Part shown: in pieces, positions 1 through 11,000 of the stretch | How the letters are laid out: each line of letters starts with the position of its first letter | Position numbering within the stretch: position 1 is the stretch's first letter | Source: an uncultured Eubacteriales bacterium | GTDB taxonomy: Bacteria > Bacillota > Clostridia > Oscillospirales > QAMX01 | DNA: 64,000 nucleotides | Assembly (NCBI GenBank): GCA_905205975.1 | Contig: CAJLFQ010000001.1 | Coordinates: forward strand, 598 to 64,597 | Direction of reading: 5' to 3' | Notes under the pieces: model-generated | Told to the model about the DNA's origin: nothing | The model's database searches: none | What the model saw: only the letters and a program-made list of their open reading frames with translations | Program-made: the position numbers and the translations under genes

Positions 1-2208
1 ATCGAGGACGGCGCCGTTCTTGCGGAGGGCTGGGGCGATCCGAAGCAGGAGGATCGGCTGTTTGCCGTGATTGCGTGCCGATGCGGGGCGGGAGATACGC
101 TGACAGGCGACCGGATGGATCTGACCGAAGCCGTGCAGGACGGTCTGGTGCCGCTGCACCTGCCGGAAGGTGTCTGGCGGATTTTCTTTTTCTTTGAGCG
201 CCCCGTCAGAGACGGGCACGTCGATTTTACCAGCCCGGATTCAGCATCACTGCTGGTAGAAACGGTCTACGAGCCGCATGCGGAGCATCTGGGCGCCTAT
301 TTCGGACATCCGCTCCGCGGTTTTTTCAGCGATGAACCGTACATCATGAACAGTGCGTCTTTTCCAGCCGGCGGGAAAGCCAATCCCTACGGCAGCTATC
401 CGTGGAACCGCTTCATTGAGTCGGCGTTTGCCGAAGCAGTCGGGGCAGACTGGCGAACCCGGCTCCCGTCGCTCTGGTTTCCGATGACCGGGGTTTCGCC
501 GGCATGCCGCACCGCCTACATGGAAATTGTCAGCCGGCTGTTCCAGCAGAATTTCAGCGAACGGCTGGGCGATTGGTGCCGCGCACACGGGGTCGAATCC
601 ATCGGCCACATCGTGGAGGACGCAGGGCAGCACGCCAACATGGGCGGCGGCGGACACTATTTCCGCGCGCTGTCCGGGCAGGACATGGCGGGAATTGACG
701 TCGTGCTGCACCAGATCGTCCCGGGCATGTCGGATCACGCCAACGTGTGTGCCTGCTGGTATGACGTCGCCGACCCGGATTTCTTCCACTTTGGGCTGGC
801 AAAGCTGGCCGCATCCGCTGCGCGGACGGAGCCGCGCAAGCACGGGCAGGCGCTCTGCGAGATTTTCGGCGCCTACGGCTGGGCGGAGGGCCTGAAAATG
901 ATGAAGTACCTGACGGACCATATGCTGGTTCGCGGGCTGAACGTCTTTGTGCCGCATTCCTATTCGGTGCGTTTCCCGGATGAAAGTCCGCCGCAGCTCG
1001 GTCAGAAGCACAATCCGCAGACGCGCCTGTTCCGCCATCTGATGGCGTATATGAGCCGGCTGGCGACGCTGTTTGGCGACAACCGGCAGCGCTGTGCGCC
1101 GTGCGCGGTCTGCTATTCCGCCGAGGCCGATTGGTCCGGACAGCCGTTCCAGCCGTTTGAACAGCTGGCGCGCCTGCTGACGGAAGCGCAGATTGATTTT
1201 GACGTCGTGCCGTTTGACACGCTGGCGGCTGCACCGGATGCCTATCGCGCCGTTGTCGCGCCGATGGCGGCGTGCCTGCCGGAGGCGGCAATCCGTGCGC
1301 TGACCGCTGCAGCCGAATCCGGCGCCGAGATTCTTTTTGCAGACAAACCGACGGAAACAGCGTGCGAATCGCCGCAGGTTCGCCTTGAATGGCCCTCCGG
1401 CGGACGGTTTCATACCGTCCCGCAGGCGGAAATTGCCGGGTGGCTCCGTGCAAACGGAATGGCAGGCCTGACGGTTCAGCCGGCAAACCGCTTCCTGCGC
1501 GTCAGCCATTTCGCGTCAGGCGGTCTGCACGCCTACCTGCTCACAAACGAATCGATTCATGATGCAGTCGATGCGACGGCGGTGTTTGCGCCGTTTTCAG
1601 GCGGAGCATACGCCGTTTACGACGCGATGGAGAACCGCGCCGTCCGCTGCTGCGCGGAAACGGCTGAAATCCCGGTTCATCTGGCGCCGTATGCGTCACG
1701 CGTCTATCTGTTCGGCGACCTGCCGGAAGCGATTCCGGATGCGCCGAAACCGTTTGCCGCGGAAAAAACCGTTCCGCTGAATGCGCCGTGGCAGCTGACG
1801 CTTTACCGGGCGGAGGATTACCCGAACGGTCAGCCGATGACAGTCATGCCGCTTTCGGCGCTCGAAAATGTCACCGCGCCCGCCCGGTTCCCGCGGTTCG
1901 GCGGCGTCATGCAGTATGAAACGTCGTTTGTATGGGAACAGCCGGACGCCGGGCGGTGCCAAATCGATCTGGGACAGGTCGGTGAAACGGCAGAAGTCTG
2001 GCTCAACGGAAATTTCGCCGGCGTTTGCCTGACGCCTCCGTACCGGTTCGAATGCGCCGGATGCCTGAAAACAGGGGAGAATCAGCTGAAAGTTGTCGTC
2101 ACCAACACATTGGGCTATGAACAGCGGGATGAGCTTTCAAAATATCTGCTTTTAGAGCCTTCCGGCCTGCTCGGACCGGTGTTTTTGAGCGCAGAACCGG
2201 CGGAATGA
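1..2208 (+). CDS. Glycoside-hydrolase-like protein, N-terminus lies outside the window
   Basis: Frame 1 is open from base 1 (no stop before the listed Met at 67); stop at 2206-2208. The C-terminal GETAEVWLNGNFAGV...ENQLKVVVTNTLG resembles the beta-sandwich sugar-binding module at the end of many GH enzymes. The GH family cannot be assigned by eye. Confidence 0.5.
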   Translation: MEDGAVLAEGWGDPKQEDRLFAVIACRCGAGDTLTGDRMDLTEAVQDGLVPLHLPEGVWRIFFFFERPVRDGHVDFTSPDSASLLVETVYEPHAEHLGAYFGHPLRGFFSDEPYIMNSASFPAGGKANPYGSYPWNRFIESAFAEAVGADWRTRLPSLWFPMTGVSPACRTAYMEIVSRLFQQNFSERLGDWCRAHGVESIGHIVEDAGQHANMGGGGHYFRALSGQDMAGIDVVLHQIVPGMSDHANVCACWYDVADPDFFHFGLAKLAASAARTEPRKHGQALCEIFGAYGWAEGLKMMKYLTDHMLVRGLNVFVPHSYSVRFPDESPPQLGQKHNPQTRLFRHLMAYMSRLATLFGDNRQRCAPCAVCYSAEADWSGQPFQPFEQLARLLTEAQIDFDVVPFDTLAAAPDAYRAVVAPMAACLPEAAIRALTAAAESGAEILFADKPTETACESPQVRLEWPSGGRFHTVPQAEIAGWLRANGMAGLTVQPANRFLRVSHFASGGLHAYLLTNESIHDAVDATAVFAPFSGGAYAVYDAMENRAVRCCAETAEIPVHLAPYASRVYLFGDLPEAIPDAPKPFAAEKTVPLNAPWQLTLYRAEDYPNGQPMTVMPLSALENVTAPARFPRFGGVMQYETSFVWEQPDAGRCQIDLGQVGETAEVWLNGNFAGVCLTPPYRFECAGCLKTGENQLKVVVTNTLGYEQRDELSKYLLLEPSGLLGPVFLSAEPAE

Positions 2209-2360
2209 CGCGCATGCAGCGTGTTTCGTCCCGGCAAATACCGCAGACGGCGTGCCGGGCGCCCTTTGCTGAATGCAGCGGCTGACAGGCAAAGCTGCGG
2301 CGCGATCCGATTCAGACCCATCCGCGCTGCAGACCCGCCAGAAAGGAAGAAAGTCCCACC

Positions 2361-4115
2361 ATGATCCTACGAACACTGGCCAAAAGCCAACGGCAATACA
2401 AAAAAACATCGCTGCTGACCATGCTGTGCGCCATGATAGAAGTCGTTTTTGAGATCCTGATTCCGCTCAGCATTTCAAAACTGCTGGACAGCGGCATCGA
2501 GCAGGGCGTGATGACATGCGTCTGGAAATACGGCGCCGTCCTGATTGCGCTTGCGCTGATGCAGATGGTGACCGGCATTTTAGCGGCGCGCTTCGGGGCA
2601 AAAGCCTCGGTCGGCTTTGCTGCAAACCTCCGGCAGGATATGTACGCCAACGTCCAGACGTTTGCTTTCTCCAACATCGACAAATTCTCAACGGCGTCGA
2701 TTGTCACCCGTCTGACCACCGACGTGACCAACGTGCAGAATGCCTATCAAATGCTGATCCGCATGGCGATCCGCGCACCGTTCATGCTGATTTTCGCCAT
2801 GATCGTCTCCTTCCGCATCAGCCGGGAGATTTCGATGATTTTTCTCTATGTCGTTCCGGTTCTGGCGGTGCTGCTGGGGCTGATCGTCCGCTGCGTGCAT
2901 CCGGTTTTTGTCCGGGTCTTCAAAACGTATGACGAGCTGAACAACGTCGTGCAGGAAAACGTCCGCGGCATCCGCGTCGTCAAATCCTTCAACCAGGAAG
3001 CGCATGAAACAGAAAAGTTCCGCAGCGTCTCCGAACGCATCTACCGCGGGTTCGTCAAGGCGGAGCAGATCATCACGCTGAACGGCCCCGTCATGCAGAC
3101 ATGCGTCTACACCTGCCTGATCCTGATTTCGTGGTTCGGCGCCAAGGCCGTCGTCGCCAGCGGCAACCATGCGGCGCTCGGCCTGACGACCGGCAGCCTC
3201 ACGGCGCTGTTTACCTACGCCATGCAGATTCTCATGAGCCTGATGATGCTGTCGATGGTGTTCGCCATGATCACGATCGCCAACTCCTCCGCACAGCGCA
3301 TCGCGGAGCTGCTGGAAGAAAAAACGGACATCCAAAATCCGGAACACCCGGTTTATGACGTCCAGAACGGCGAAATCATCTTTGACCACGTCGATTTCGT
3401 CTATGCCTCCAAGGCCGACAAAAAGGTGCTGGACGATATCAGCCTGACGATTCGTTCCGGCGAAACGATCGGCATCATCGGCGCAACCGGCGCGTCGAAG
3501 TCGTCGCTGGTGCAGCTGATCCCGCGGCTGTACGATGTGACCGGCGGAAGCCTGAAGCTCGGCGGCGTCGACGTCCGGCAATACGACATCGAATCGCTCC
3601 GCGAAGCCGTCGCCATGGTGCTGCAAAAGAATGAGCTTTTCTCCGGCACGATTGCCGAAAATCTCCGCTGGGGCAACGAATCGGCCACCGACGAAGACCT
3701 GCGCCATGTCTGCAAACTGGCGTGCGCCGCAGAATTCATCGAAGCCATGCCGGACGGCTACGAAACGCACATCGAACAGGGCGGCGCCAACGTTTCCGGC
3801 GGTCAGAAACAGCGCCTCTGCATCGCGCGCGCCCTGCTGAAGAAGCCGAAGGTTCTGATTCTCGACGACTCCACAAGCGCCGTCGATACGAAAACGGACG
3901 CCATGATCCGCAAGGCGTTTGCCGAGGATATCCCGGAAACGACGAAAATCATCATCGCACAGCGCATCAGCTCCGTGCAGCACGCCGACCGGGTCATCGT
4001 CCTGGAAGACGGGCGGATAGACGCCGTCGGTACGCATGAGGAACTGCTCCGTTCGTGCAGAATTTACCGCGAAGTCTTTGAATCGCAGCAGAAAGGGGAT
4101 GCCGAACATGCGTAA
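2361..4115 (+). CDS. ABC exporter half-transporter (TMD-NBD), subunit with degenerate catalytic site
   Basis: 584 aa. N-terminal multi-TM exporter domain, then an NBD with Walker A GATGASKSS, signature VSGGQKQR and Walker B LILDD-S (Asp where the catalytic Glu is expected, codon 3867-3869). RBS gaaaggaag lies upstream of the ATG. Confidence 0.9.
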   Translation: MILRTLAKSQRQYKKTSLLTMLCAMIEVVFEILIPLSISKLLDSGIEQGVMTCVWKYGAVLIALALMQMVTGILAARFGAKASVGFAANLRQDMYANVQTFAFSNIDKFSTASIVTRLTTDVTNVQNAYQMLIRMAIRAPFMLIFAMIVSFRISREISMIFLYVVPVLAVLLGLIVRCVHPVFVRVFKTYDELNNVVQENVRGIRVVKSFNQEAHETEKFRSVSERIYRGFVKAEQIITLNGPVMQTCVYTCLILISWFGAKAVVASGNHAALGLTTGSLTALFTYAMQILMSLMMLSMVFAMITIANSSAQRIAELLEEKTDIQNPEHPVYDVQNGEIIFDHVDFVYASKADKKVLDDISLTIRSGETIGIIGATGASKSSLVQLIPRLYDVTGGSLKLGGVDVRQYDIESLREAVAMVLQKNELFSGTIAENLRWGNESATDEDLRHVCKLACAAEFIEAMPDGYETHIEQGGANVSGGQKQRLCIARALLKKPKVLILDDSTSAVDTKTDAMIRKAFAEDIPETTKIIIAQRISSVQHADRVIVLEDGRIDAVGTHEELLRSCRIYREVFESQQKGDAEHA

Positions 4116-6036
4116 ACCGGAAACGGCTGAAAGAATGCCCGGCGGCAAGCCGCCGGCCCGCAAACCCGACTGGAACGCCGCCAAACGGCTGCTCGGCTAT
4201 ATGAAGCCCTATCGGTTCACGCTGGCGCTGGTGGCGCTGTTCATCCTGCTCAGCGCAGTCGCCGGGGCGGCTTCCTCCATGTTCCTCCAGACGCTCATAG
4301 ACGATTACATCACGCCGCTGCTGGCGGAGGCGCACCCGGTCTATACCGGCCTGATACACGCGCTGATCACGATCGGCCTTGTCTATCTGGCGGGGATTCT
4401 GTCCAACTGGCTCTCCAGCCGGCTGATGGTCAAGGTCGCCCAGCAGACGCTCCGGCAGATCCGCGACGATATGTTTGAAAAAATGCAGCGTCTGCCCATC
4501 CGGTACTTCGACACGCATACCCACGGCGATACGATGAGTCTCTACACCAACGATACGGATACGCTCCGGCAGATGATTGCACAGTCGCTGGCGCAGCTGA
4601 TGTCGTCGTTCTTCACGATTGCGGCCGTGTTTGTCTGTATGCTGCTCACAAGCGTCTGGCTGACGCTGCTCGTCTGCGCGGCGATGGCCGGCGTGCTGAA
4701 AATCGCCAAAACGGCCGCCGGCAAAATCGGCGTCTACTTCATGGCGCAGCAGAAATCGCTTGCCGACCTGAACGGCTATATCGAAGAGATGGTCAACGGC
4801 CAGAAGGTCGTCAAGGTTTTCAACCATGAAGAAGCCGCCAAACGGGAACTCGGTGAAAAAAACCGCATCTGGCAGGAAAACGCAACCCGCGCCAACGGTC
4901 AGGCGTTCTCCCTGATGCCGCTCATGAACGCGATGGGTTATTTCCTCTATGTGCTGGTCGCCATCGTCGGCGGCTATATGGCCGTCTCCGGCGTGACCAA
5001 CGTCGCCCTGACCGGCGCCAACACGCTGACGCTCGGCATGCTCGCCTCCTTCCTCACGCTGTCCCGGAACTTCGTCAACCCGGTCTCGCAGATTTCCAAC
5101 CAGTTCAACGCCATCGTCACCGCGCTGGCCGGCGCCGCGCGCATCTTTGCCTTCATGGATGAACCGCCCGAAGCAGACGACGGCTATGTCACGCTGGTGA
5201 ACGCCGAAGAGAAAGACGGACAGCTGGTCGAAACCGACCATCATACCGGCCTGTGGGCGTGGAAGCATCCGCACGGCGACGGCACGCTGACGTATACGAA
5301 GCTCGAAGGGCGCGTCGTCTTTGACCACGTCGATTTCGGCTATGTGCCGGAAAAAGAAGTCCTGCACGACATCACGCTGTACGCCGAACCGGGGCAGAAA
5401 GTCGCGTTTGTCGGCGCGACCGGCGCCGGGAAGACGACGATTACGAACCTCATCAACCGTTTCTACGACATCGCCGACGGTAAAATCCGCTATGACGGCA
5501 TCAACATCAACAAGATCAAAAAGGCCGACCTCCGCCGGAGCCTCGGCATCGTCCTGCAGGATGTCAACCTCTTCACCGGGACGGTCATGGAGAACATCCG
5601 CTACGGCAACCCGGCTGCGTCGGATGAGGCGTGCATCGCCGCCGCCAAACTCGCCAACGCCGACAATTTCATCCGCATGCTGCCGGAGGGGTACAACACC
5701 GTGCTCAAAGGCGACGGCAGCGGCCTCTCGCAGGGACAGCGCCAGCTGCTCTCCATCGCCCGCGCCGCCGTCTCCGATCCGCCGGTCATGATCCTCGACG
5801 AGGCGACCAGCTCCATCGATACCCGCACCGAGGCGCTCGTGCAGGACGGGATGGATAAGCTGATGAAAGGCCGGACGGTTTTCGTCATCGCGCACCGGCT
5901 GTCCACCGTGCAGAACGCCGACGTCATCATGGTGCTCGACCACGGCCGCATCATCGAACGCGGCAGCCACGAAAAACTCATCGCCGAAAAGGGCACCTAC
6001 TATCAGCTCTATACCGGCGCATTTGAACTTGAATAA
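4108..6036 (+). CDS. ABC exporter half-transporter (TMD-NBD), partner subunit
   Basis: Start moved from the ORF-track 4036 to ATG 4108 (RBS gaaaggggat 4091-4100). It overlaps the upstream stop by 8 nt. Walker A GATGAGKTT, Walker B MILDEATS, atypical signature LSQGQRQ (5725-5739). Confidence 0.9.
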   Translation: MRKPETAERMPGGKPPARKPDWNAAKRLLGYMKPYRFTLALVALFILLSAVAGAASSMFLQTLIDDYITPLLAEAHPVYTGLIHALITIGLVYLAGILSNWLSSRLMVKVAQQTLRQIRDDMFEKMQRLPIRYFDTHTHGDTMSLYTNDTDTLRQMIAQSLAQLMSSFFTIAAVFVCMLLTSVWLTLLVCAAMAGVLKIAKTAAGKIGVYFMAQQKSLADLNGYIEEMVNGQKVVKVFNHEEAAKRELGEKNRIWQENATRANGQAFSLMPLMNAMGYFLYVLVAIVGGYMAVSGVTNVALTGANTLTLGMLASFLTLSRNFVNPVSQISNQFNAIVTALAGAARIFAFMDEPPEADDGYVTLVNAEEKDGQLVETDHHTGLWAWKHPHGDGTLTYTKLEGRVVFDHVDFGYVPEKEVLHDITLYAEPGQKVAFVGATGAGKTTITNLINRFYDIADGKIRYDGININKIKKADLRRSLGIVLQDVNLFTGTVMENIRYGNPAASDEACIAAAKLANADNFIRMLPEGYNTVLKGDGSGLSQGQRQLLSIARAAVSDPPVMILDEATSSIDTRTEALVQDGMDKLMKGRTVFVIAHRLSTVQNADVIMVLDHGRIIERGSHEKLIAEKGTYYQLYTGAFELE

Positions 6037-6042
6037 ACAAAA

Positions 6043-6078
6043 AAAGCCCTCTGATAAAACGTCAAAGGGCTTTTTTGT
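6043..6078 (+). terminator. Rho-independent terminator after the ABC pair
   Basis: aaagccct (6043-6050) pairs with agggcttt (6066-6073), followed by a T-run. Confidence 0.8.
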
Positions 6079-6097
6079 ATCAAAAAGTCGAAAACGC

Positions 6098-6126
6098 TTG
6101 ACATAAAACGCGCAATATGGTATCAT
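6098..6126 (+). promoter_or_regulatory. Sigma-A type promoter (TTGACA-17-TATCAT with TGn extended -10)
   Basis: TTGACA 6098-6103, 17-nt spacer, TGgTATCAT ending at 6126. Followed by an A-rich leader of about 130 nt before the 6256 gene. Confidence 0.6.
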
Positions 6127-6255
6127 TCAATTACAAACCGAAAACCGAACAAAAAGAACGCAGACAAGAAACGGCAGAGGAGCAGAAGAATCAGTCAGAC
6201 TCAAAAATCAGAAAAAAACAGTCATCAAAAATCAGATGGAAGGGGCAGATTTGCA

Positions 6256-6807
6256 ATGACGAAAAAGGGAGTCATTCGGCTGTCGGTCGCGGCAGGCATT
6301 CTGGCACTTGTGATCGGTTTCATTTTCTACGCCCGATGGTATTACAAACCCATCTACCGTGAAGGGACGTATGACCTGCAAAGCGAAACGGGCGAAACGC
6401 TGACGGTTTCTGCCCGCTTCCGAATCCAACGGTCCTTTTTTGACGCGACGGTCATTCTGTGCAGGGTAGACGTCGCGGGCGTCACCTATCAGAATTACTG
6501 GTATGACTGGCACAAATTGGACGTCGGTACCTATAATCTGCCGACGGCGGCGGGCATCCGGCGCAAATGGAAGCAGGTGAAAAGCGGGGGCGAAGGGTGG
6601 CCCTACTGGATTTATGATCAGGATCTTTTCTCCGATCAACCATTAGACGGCTCGGCGGTCTGCGTTTTCATCCGGCTCTATGTGAAAGACTGGACGGAGA
6701 TGGAGCAGCTGACGATCTTTTGGGTGCCGCCGAAAGACGGCGCCGGTCCGGCGTCCATCCAGCAGATCGCGAGCGGTATGTATACCGGCACACGCCGAAA
6801 ATCATAA
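6256..6807 (+). CDS. Hypothetical membrane-anchored protein
   Basis: 183 aa. N-terminal hydrophobic helix (IRLSVAAGILALVIGFIFYA). RBS ggaagggg about 10 nt upstream. I recognise no family motif. Confidence 0.6.
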   Translation: MTKKGVIRLSVAAGILALVIGFIFYARWYYKPIYREGTYDLQSETGETLTVSARFRIQRSFFDATVILCRVDVAGVTYQNYWYDWHKLDVGTYNLPTAAGIRRKWKQVKSGGEGWPYWIYDQDLFSDQPLDGSAVCVFIRLYVKDWTEMEQLTIFWVPPKDGAGPASIQQIASGMYTGTRRKS

Positions 6808-6846
6808 GAAAAACAGCGGGACAGCAATCTGTCCCGCTGTTTTTGA
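6808..6846. terminator. Bidirectional stem-loop terminator between convergent genes
   Basis: acagcgggac (6813-6822) pairs with gtcccgctgt (6831-6840). Flanked by an A-run upstream and TTTT downstream. Confidence 0.75.
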
Positions 6847-6868
6847 TTTGAAAAATGGCAAACGGCCG

Positions 6869-8005
6869 TCAGAACAGTGCCGCCAGCACCAAAAGCGCAG
6901 CCGCCAGACCGGCCAGCAGGCCCAAAGCGCGCAGCAGCCGCGCCTTTTTTTGCTCCGTTTCGTCGGCATCCCAGAAAAACCGCAGCCGCGCGAGCAGACC
7001 GCCGCCCATCAGATCGCCGTAGGTGAGCGTCTCCGTTTCATATCGCTCCGGTGCGGCTGCATCGAGGCGGAAGACGCGCACGCCCCGCATCGGCCCGCCG
7101 TAGCAGCGGAACGATGCGCACGGCGTCTGCACAAGGTCGATCCCGCGGAGACGCCCGACAAAACAGTTCCGGTGGTCATGCCCGGAGACGACGGCCAGCA
7201 CGCCGCCCTGAAGTTCAAAGGCGTCCAGTTCGCCGGTGTTGATGCTGCACGGGTGCGGATAAGCGCCCAGCACGCCGGCGGCGCAGGCGGGATTCAGCCG
7301 CCAGAACCGCCCTTCATGCGGGACGGCGCCGGGGCTTCCGGCAGGCGCCTCTTCCAGCAGCAAAAGCGTTTCCGGGATGGGGATGTGCTGGAAAACGAGC
7401 GACGGCACAGGCACACCACCGTTTTCGGCGCGCAGTTGTTCGGCGCGTCCCGAAAACCATGCAATCGATTCCGGGGGAACGTGCGTGTAAACGGGTCTGC
7501 CGGAATCGTCGGAACCCGCCGAATTGAGCAGCCAGAGCGCGAACGCCGTCCGGGTTCCGTCGGCACTCTGAATTCGGATCAGCCCGGAACCGGGCGTCAG
7601 CCGGGGATCATCCGGCACCGGCCCGGCAAAGCAGGGCGACGAGGCATAAATCGCCGCCTGTTCCGCCTTGGAGATGACGTTCATATCGTCGTGGTTGCCG
7701 AAGAGAAAGGCGAACGGGATCCTTCTCTGTTCGAGCGGGCGAAGCAGATGGCGGATGGCGCGCCGCATCCGCCGGAAGATGGCGGCCGGCCGGTGCGCGC
7801 TCTGCCGACGGCCGAACCGCGCATCGCCCAGATGGTTGCCCAGAATGTTGTCCCCCGTGAAAACGACGAGATCGGGCCGGACGCGGTCATACGCGGCGTC
7901 AAGCATCCGGAACATTGCCCGGCGGACAAAGTGCAGATCCTGCGCGTCGCTGACCTGCAAAATGGTGAACCGGCCGTCCGGCCGGCAGCGCAGCGAAAAC
8001 GTCAT
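6869..8005 (-). CDS. Calcineurin-like metallophosphoesterase with C-terminal membrane anchor
   Basis: 378 aa. Motifs VSDAQDLH, FTGDNILGNH, FGNHDD, SGHDHRN. C-terminal hydrophobic tail LLRALGLLAGLAAALLVLAALF. RBS aggagggg precedes the ATG at 8005. Confidence 0.85.
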   Translation of the reverse strand: MTFSLRCRPDGRFTILQVSDAQDLHFVRRAMFRMLDAAYDRVRPDLVVFTGDNILGNHLGDARFGRRQSAHRPAAIFRRMRRAIRHLLRPLEQRRIPFAFLFGNHDDMNVISKAEQAAIYASSPCFAGPVPDDPRLTPGSGLIRIQSADGTRTAFALWLLNSAGSDDSGRPVYTHVPPESIAWFSGRAEQLRAENGGVPVPSLVFQHIPIPETLLLLEEAPAGSPGAVPHEGRFWRLNPACAAGVLGAYPHPCSINTGELDAFELQGGVLAVVSGHDHRNCFVGRLRGIDLVQTPCASFRCYGGPMRGVRVFRLDAAAPERYETETLTYGDLMGGGLLARLRFFWDADETEQKKARLLRALGLLAGLAAALLVLAALF

Positions 8006-8059
8006 TCAAAACCCCTCCTGTATGCAGGGTATGCAGAGCGCCGGGAATGATTCTATGGG

Positions 8060-11000
8060 TCAAACGTCGATCACTTCGCCGGTTGCAAAGAAATACACGC
8101 GCCGCGCGGCGATGTTCCGGCCGGTCATCTCGGTCAGCGCGTCGGCATAGATCGCAAGCTGCGGCGCATAGGCCGCGGCGCGGGCGGGGGAAGTCGCTTT
8201 CGTGACGGCGTCCGTTTTGAAATCGAGAATCGCCAGCGAACCGTCGTCCAGCTCCGTATACAGGTCAATGACGCCTTGCAGCAGCATGGATTCGCCCGCG
8301 CCGTTTGCCGGGAAATAGCGGGCGGCGTCGGTCAGAATCGAGAACTTGAACTCGCGGTGAACGCGCTCCGGCGGCAAAGCGGCAATCTCACGGCCGAGCG
8401 GCGACTGATAGAAGCGCAGCAGGTCGCGGCGACGGATGGCAGACGCCTGCGCCGGCGTCATCTGATTGTTTTTCCGCAGCGTTTCGATGCCGGCGTCGAT
8501 TTCCGCTTCGCTCTGATAGGCGCGCACCGGCAGCAGCTGCATGGCGAGGTGCGTCGCCGTCCCGCGTTCTGCGGCGCTCAGCGCGGTGCGCTCCGACAGG
8601 AAACGCGGTACGGTATGCGTTTTCGGCGCATCGGCAGCCGGTGGGGTGCGCAGTGCGGCGGTCTCGGTATCATCGGCGCAGAGCCGCTTATAGATGGTCG
8701 CCGTCAGCTTGGCGGGCAGCGACGCAGCGGCGGCGTGCGGATAGACGAAAGCCAGCTGCTCTCGGATTTCGGCGCAGAGCGCTTCATCGGGCGCGGGCAT
8801 CTCCGGGCGCGGCGCAGCGGGAACCACAGCCGGCGGCGCCGCCACGCGGTGAATGGCGAATACCCCTTCGCCGGCCGGAATGGCGACCGCTTCCACCCAT
8901 GCGGCAAACGACCGGTGATTCCGGCAATAGGCGGCCGGAACCGGCGGCAGACCGGCTTCGAGCGGGCGCAGCGCCTTTTCCATATCGTTGTGGCGCGTGA
9001 TGAGAATCAGCTTCTCCCGCGCGCGCGTCATCGCGACGTAGAGAATGCGCAGCTCTTCCGAAAGCTGCTCCGAAAGCAGCGCGTCGTAAATCGCTTCCCG
9101 CTGCAAGGTGGTTTGTTCCACGCTCGTCAGCCAGTCCCGCGCGGGGAGACCGAGACCGAGCGTCGGATGCAGCACGGCGGCGTCCGAACGGTCAAAACGG
9201 ATCGATTCCGAAAGCCCCGCGAGCAGCACGATCGGGAATTCCAGCCCTTTGGAACCGTGTACGCTCATCAGCCGGACACTATCGCTGTCGGCGGACGCGG
9301 GCTGACGCGGCGCGGCGCCGCGTTCCTCTAAACGGCGGAGATACCGGACAAAATCGCCGAATCCGCCGAGGCGCTCATACCGCTGCGCCATGCCGAGCAG
9401 CAGGCGGATGTTAGCGCTCCGCGATGAACCGCCCGCCATCGCGGAAAACACGGCGGCGGCAGATGTCTCTTCGATCAAATAGGCGACGGCGTCCCCGGCC
9501 GAGCGGCTTGCGACGGTCAGGCGCATCGCGTCAAACCGGCGCAGGAACCCGGCGGCGCGCGCAGAAAGCGCGGTTTCGCCGTCGGCGCAGGCGATCAGCG
9601 AATCCAGAAAACATCCGGCCCGTTCGTTGGCGGCGCGGATCTGCGCCAGATCGTCAAAGGAAAACCCAAAGAGCGGCGACGCCATGCAGGCGGGCAGATC
9701 CAGCCCGCCCACGGGGTTGTCTACTGCGCGGAGCAGCGCGACGAGCGCCGTGATTTCCGACGTTTCAAAAAACGCTTCCCGCTTGTCGGCATCCGTGGCC
9801 AGACCGTGCGCCTGCAGTGCACGGCAGTAAATCGGTGCACGGTTTTTCATATTGCGGAGCAGAATGGCAAAATCGCCGCAGCGGCAGGGGCGCGTATCGC
9901 CGTCTTTCCCGGAGACAGGGAATCCTTCGTCGATCATCGACTGAATGGCGGAAGCGACGTAAACGGCTTCCCGCTCGGTTGCGCTGAGCAGAATCCCGTC
10001 TTCGTCGCCGCCGTCGTCTTCTCCGGCCAGATTCAGAATGTGCAGCTCCGTCCGGTAAAGCGCATTCGGTTCGTCGCCGCGGCCGCAGCGCAGCCGTTCC
10101 GCTTCGCTGTATGCCATTTCGCCGAGCGCCTGACTCATCAGATGCTCAAAGACGAGGTTCGCGCTGCTGAGCACCTCGGGGCGGGAGCGGAAATTGTCGG
10201 AGAGGACGATGGCCTGACAGTCCGGGTCTGCGGCGTTGGCGTATGCATCCCGCCGCCGCAGGAAAATCGTCGGGTCAGCCCGGCGGAAACGATAGATGGA
10301 CTGCTTGACGTCGCCGACCATAAACAGGCTGCAATCGGCTGCGAGCATCCGGAAAATCAGATCCTGAAGACCGTTGGTGTCCTGATATTCATCCACCATG
10401 ATTTCAACGAGCGCCTGGCTCTTTTCTAAGGCGAGCTGCGTCGGCTGGAATGCGCCGGACGCGTCTTTTTCGGCGAGCAGGCGGACGGCGAGATGCTCCA
10501 GATCGGCGAAATCGAGGACGTTCGCGTCGGTTTTCAAAGCGGTAAACAGTTCGCCCAGCCGGACGACCAGCCGGAAAAATTCCTGCTGCAGCGGCGCGGC
10601 GTTGTGAAACGCGGCGGCGGTCATCTCCGTCGATTCGCGCAGCACGTCGCCGCGCATCTTCTTGCGCCAGTCGTATGCCTCGTCGCGCACGCCGGCCAGA
10701 AACGCCAGCGCTTCCGCGGGCAGGTCTTTGGAGGCGCGGATGGTCGGCTTGCGGTCAATCGCGTCAAACATCTCAAAATTCCGGCGGCAGGCGCTCCAGT
10801 TGCCTTCGGAAGCGGTCAGCCGGATGTTTTCCATCAGCCGCTGTTCGATTTCCGCCGTTTCGATCGCCCGCGTGACCTTATCGTTGACGTCCAGCAGGAG
10901 CAGGTCGGCAATGCCGCGTTCATACCCGGCGGCAAGGGATTCGGCCTGCTGCGCGATGACGGACAGGTGCATCCGCCCCCATGGCGTCGCGCCCAGGTTG

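Noticed and set aside
2688-6126. 498-aa and 710-aa minus-strand ORFs across the ABC exporter pair
   Set aside because: They are antisense shadows of two genes with complete Walker A/B and signature motifs. Neither has an RBS or a family signature.
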